Of a stretch of 25,218 bases of DNA, positions 23,059 to 25,218 are shown in pieces. Under the pieces are notes generated by a model. That model was not told the origin of the DNA. It made no database searches and worked only from the letters and a program-made list of their open reading frames with translations. The stretch is taken from IMG/VR virus record IMGVR_UViG_3300035492_000080, positions 64,001-89,218 of that record. One strand, 5' to 3'. Numbering within the stretch: position 1 is the first letter of the stretch; each line of letters starts with the position of its first letter. Origin of the DNA: a virus (taxonomy: Duplodnaviria > Heunggongvirae > Uroviricota > Caudoviricetes). Both the position numbers and the translations under genes were made by a program.

Positions 23059-23562
23059 GTGAAAAAAGATACGCTAAATAAATTTATTGATAAAATTGAT
23101 CTGATGAACTTTCTGACTAAGAAAGAAGTTACACGTAATACTCCTAAAGAAAAGATTCTTGAGGCACTGAAGAATCAGGCAAAGCGTGTCCTCGAAGAAG
23201 CTCAGGAGATTGTTGATGCTTGTGAGAGTGGAGATACCGAGGGGATTCTGGATGGGATTGTTGATGTTCAAGTGACTGCTTTGCCGCTTATCCAGATGGG
23301 TGAAGCTTATGGCTTTAATGTGGGGGATGCACTTATTGAAGTGGCGGACAACAATCTGACCAAAGTGACTACAAGTATGCCAATTGCTGCACAGACAGTT
23401 CTCCACTACAGCGAGAAGGATGGTACAGATGTGTACATTGATGAACAACACTATATGGACCGTATCTATTACTCGATCAAGCGGAAAGCAGATGATAAAT
23501 ATCTCAAGCCAGTTGGTTATCAGTCTGTGAGCCTTAAAAAATATCTACCGGAGGAAAAATAA
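23059..23562 (+). CDS. MazG-like / PRA-PH-like NTP pyrophosphohydrolase
   Basis: LEEAQE, ILDGIVD, EV.DNNLTK, and a C-terminal K.LKP..Y..V.L pattern. Confidence 0.8.
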   Translation: MKKDTLNKFIDKIDLMNFLTKKEVTRNTPKEKILEALKNQAKRVLEEAQEIVDACESGDTEGILDGIVDVQVTALPLIQMGEAYGFNVGDALIEVADNNLTKVTTSMPIAAQTVLHYSEKDGTDVYIDEQHYMDRIYYSIKRKADDKYLKPVGYQSVSLKKYLPEEK

Positions 23563-23813
23563 TGACTAATATTGTGAAGGTGTTTAGTGCAAAGTGGTGC
23601 CCTTCTTGTGGCCCTTACAAAGAGTCTCTTGATAAGGCCGGGATTGAATATATCTCGTTTGATGCTGATTTGGATGCAGACCAAGAAGAGTTCCGTAAAT
23701 ACAATATTCGTGGACTCCCAACTACAGTGGTTGTAATTCAAGAAACTGGTGAACTTGTACGACAGATTGTCGGTAGTGTTCCTGTTAGTGAAGTTAAGAA
23801 ATATGTCTCTTAA
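23562..23813 (+). CDS. thioredoxin
   Basis: WCPSC active site, YNIRGLPT cis-Pro loop. Confidence 0.9.
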   Translation: MTNIVKVFSAKWCPSCGPYKESLDKAGIEYISFDADLDADQEEFRKYNIRGLPTTVVVIQETGELVRQIVGSVPVSEVKKYVS

Positions 23814-23985
23814 TGATTTCTTAAAATACCTAAATTGTCAGTGTTCGGATGGCGGATGTATTTTCCGCCCTTCGGATGCAAAAGGATTAGTAACTAACGG
23901 CGGATGCAAATGTTCTGGTGACTATAATAAAAAACATCAGATTGAACGTTTAATTCGTTTTATGAGAAATAAGTTGGAGGGTTGA
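23803..23985 (+). CDS. small Cys-rich protein (60 aa)
   Basis: CQCSDGGC...NGGCKC; ATG at 23803. Confidence 0.65.
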   Translation: MSLNDFLKYLNCQCSDGGCIFRPSDAKGLVTNGGCKCSGDYNKKHQIERLIRFMRNKLEG

Positions 23986-24896
23986 TGGAAATTACAGCAA
24001 AAATTATTGCACACAGTGTTACGCAGCAAGGGAAACAAATCGTCACTTTCGAACTGGAATATCCCCGGTTCATCCACAGTGAACTGATGACGCACCGCCT
24101 GTTCTCTCGGAATGCTGCAAGTTCTCGTGCAATTCCTGTTGCAAAGATGATTGAGCAAGTACGCACTTCACCTGCTGTTCCGTGTCATTGGGGTAAAAAT
24201 CAGCCGGGGATGCAGGCGAAAGAAGAGCTTGACGTAAACGCTAAAGTTGAAGTGATGGGTGAATGGAATCTTGCAGCCAACAATGCTGCTGACAGCGCGG
24301 AATATATGTCTTCCGAGGGCGCCCACAAACAAATCGTCAATCGTATTCTTGAACCGTTCCAGATGATGAAAACTGTTCTGACAGCTACAGAGTTTGATAA
24401 TTTCTTCTGGCTCCGTAAGCACGCAGATGCTCAGCCTGAAATTAAAGTGTTGGCTGAGAGGATGTGGGAAGCTTTGCAAGCAAGCTCACCTGTCACTCTA
24501 GAAGCTGGTGATTGGCATACTCCTTATTTTGGTGATGGGTATTGGTTGAAAGGTTGCGGTGTTCCTCTGGAAGATGCTCTAGCTATTAGTTCTAGTTGCT
24601 GTGCTCAAGTGTCTTATCGGAAGTTGGATGATAGTTTGGAGAAGGCTAAAGATATCTTTGAAAAATTGATTGAGAGCAAGCCTTGCCATGCCTCTCCTAC
24701 AGAGCATCAGGCTACACCAATTACAACCCCATCTTGGGACCGTTTTGAAGATGAAGAGGGTAGTTGTTGGGAAGAGGGTGTTACTCACAGTGATCGTCAA
24801 GGTAATTTGTGGAGTGGTAACTTTAAAGGGTGGATTCAGCATCGTCAGCTAATCCCTGAAAACGTGTGCTGGAATTTTGTGGAGGAAGAAGTATGA
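23982..24896 (+). CDS. thyX: flavin-dependent thymidylate synthase
   Basis: YPRFIHSELMTHRLFSRNAASSRAIP, NRILEPF, HASPTEHQA. Confidence 0.9.
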   Translation: MMEITAKIIAHSVTQQGKQIVTFELEYPRFIHSELMTHRLFSRNAASSRAIPVAKMIEQVRTSPAVPCHWGKNQPGMQAKEELDVNAKVEVMGEWNLAANNAADSAEYMSSEGAHKQIVNRILEPFQMMKTVLTATEFDNFFWLRKHADAQPEIKVLAERMWEALQASSPVTLEAGDWHTPYFGDGYWLKGCGVPLEDALAISSSCCAQVSYRKLDDSLEKAKDIFEKLIESKPCHASPTEHQATPITTPSWDRFEDEEGSCWEEGVTHSDRQGNLWSGNFKGWIQHRQLIPENVCWNFVEEEV

Positions 24897-25218
24897 GTAA
24901 GTTCAACAGCTATAATTATTTGAGCGAAGCAGACCTTGAGAAACTTGATTGTTGGACTCCAGACCTCCCGTATAAAAATCCAACACTGTTCAAGCAAATT
25001 CTGTTCAAACATGGTGCTGAAATTACAAAAACAATTGAGCTTGTAGAAGATACTCATCGCATGCGAACTTCTAACAAAACCCACACAGGTAAGCGCTGGG
25101 TTTTTATTGAACGTATTGACAGGGATTGGTTGAATAGTGGTGCGGCTTCTATGGAAGCGTGGATGGCCTCTGCTGATAAAGAAACACAGAAAGATATGTC
25201 TTCTATGAGCCGATATGT
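24893..25218 (+). CDS. hypothetical protein (truncated by window end)
   Basis: Open from ATG 24893 (MSKFNSYNYLSEADLEKLDCWTPDLPY...) to the edge; GGAGG RBS; ATGA overlap with thyX. Confidence 0.75.
   Translation, partial: MSKFNSYNYLSEADLEKLDCWTPDLPYKNPTLFKQILFKHGAEITKTIELVEDTHRMRTSNKTHTGKRWVFIERIDRDWLNSGAASMEAWMASADKETQKDMSSMSRY

Noticed and set aside
17463-25084. Numerous 60-150 aa minus-strand and alternate-frame ORFs
   Set aside because: They overlap well-supported, tightly coupled plus-strand genes and lack RBSs or motifs
1-25218. tRNA, rRNA, CRISPR array, integrase/att sites, IS elements
   Set aside because: No cloverleaf, regularly spaced repeat-spacer array, recombinase or transposase seen by eye; tRNAscan-SE and CRISPR finders were not run

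Overview
A 25 kb slice of a lytic dsDNA tailed-phage genome covering the early and replication/nucleotide-metabolism region. Evidence: dense, often overlapping ORFs with GGAGG-type RBSs, many near-consensus sigma70 promoters, and no integrase, tRNA or CRISPR. Bases 1-2.4 kb hold small leftward genes, including a truncated Xre-type HTH gene that the ORF track missed. From 2.5 kb all genes run rightward: SleB-like cell-wall hydrolase, DRB0094/Rnl5-type RNA ligase, a MoxR-like AAA+ ATPase paired with a HExxH-peptidase/vWA (DUF2201-type) protein, T7 gp4-like primase-helicase, family A DNA polymerase, SSB-like protein, GapR/DsbA-like protein, 5'-3' exonuclease, HNH nuclease, metallophosphoesterase, ImmA-like peptidase, HAD nucleotidase, dNMP kinase, MazG-like NTP pyrophosphatase, thioredoxin and ThyX. 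The polymerase gene is split by a 706-nt IA2-type group I intron (12761-13466) encoding an EndoVII-type homing endonuclease. From memory, the gene order resembles Pakpunavirus/Felixounavirus-like myoviruses; this is not a verified assignment. The most interesting items are: (1) the separately promoted AAA+/peptidase-vWA module with an internal attenuator-like hairpin, (2) the intron in polymerase motif B, (3) an AT-only stretch faced by an ORF-less promoter (candidate origin), and (4) several tandem paralog pairs and operator-like repeats. All family calls come from motifs read by eye; no database searches were run.
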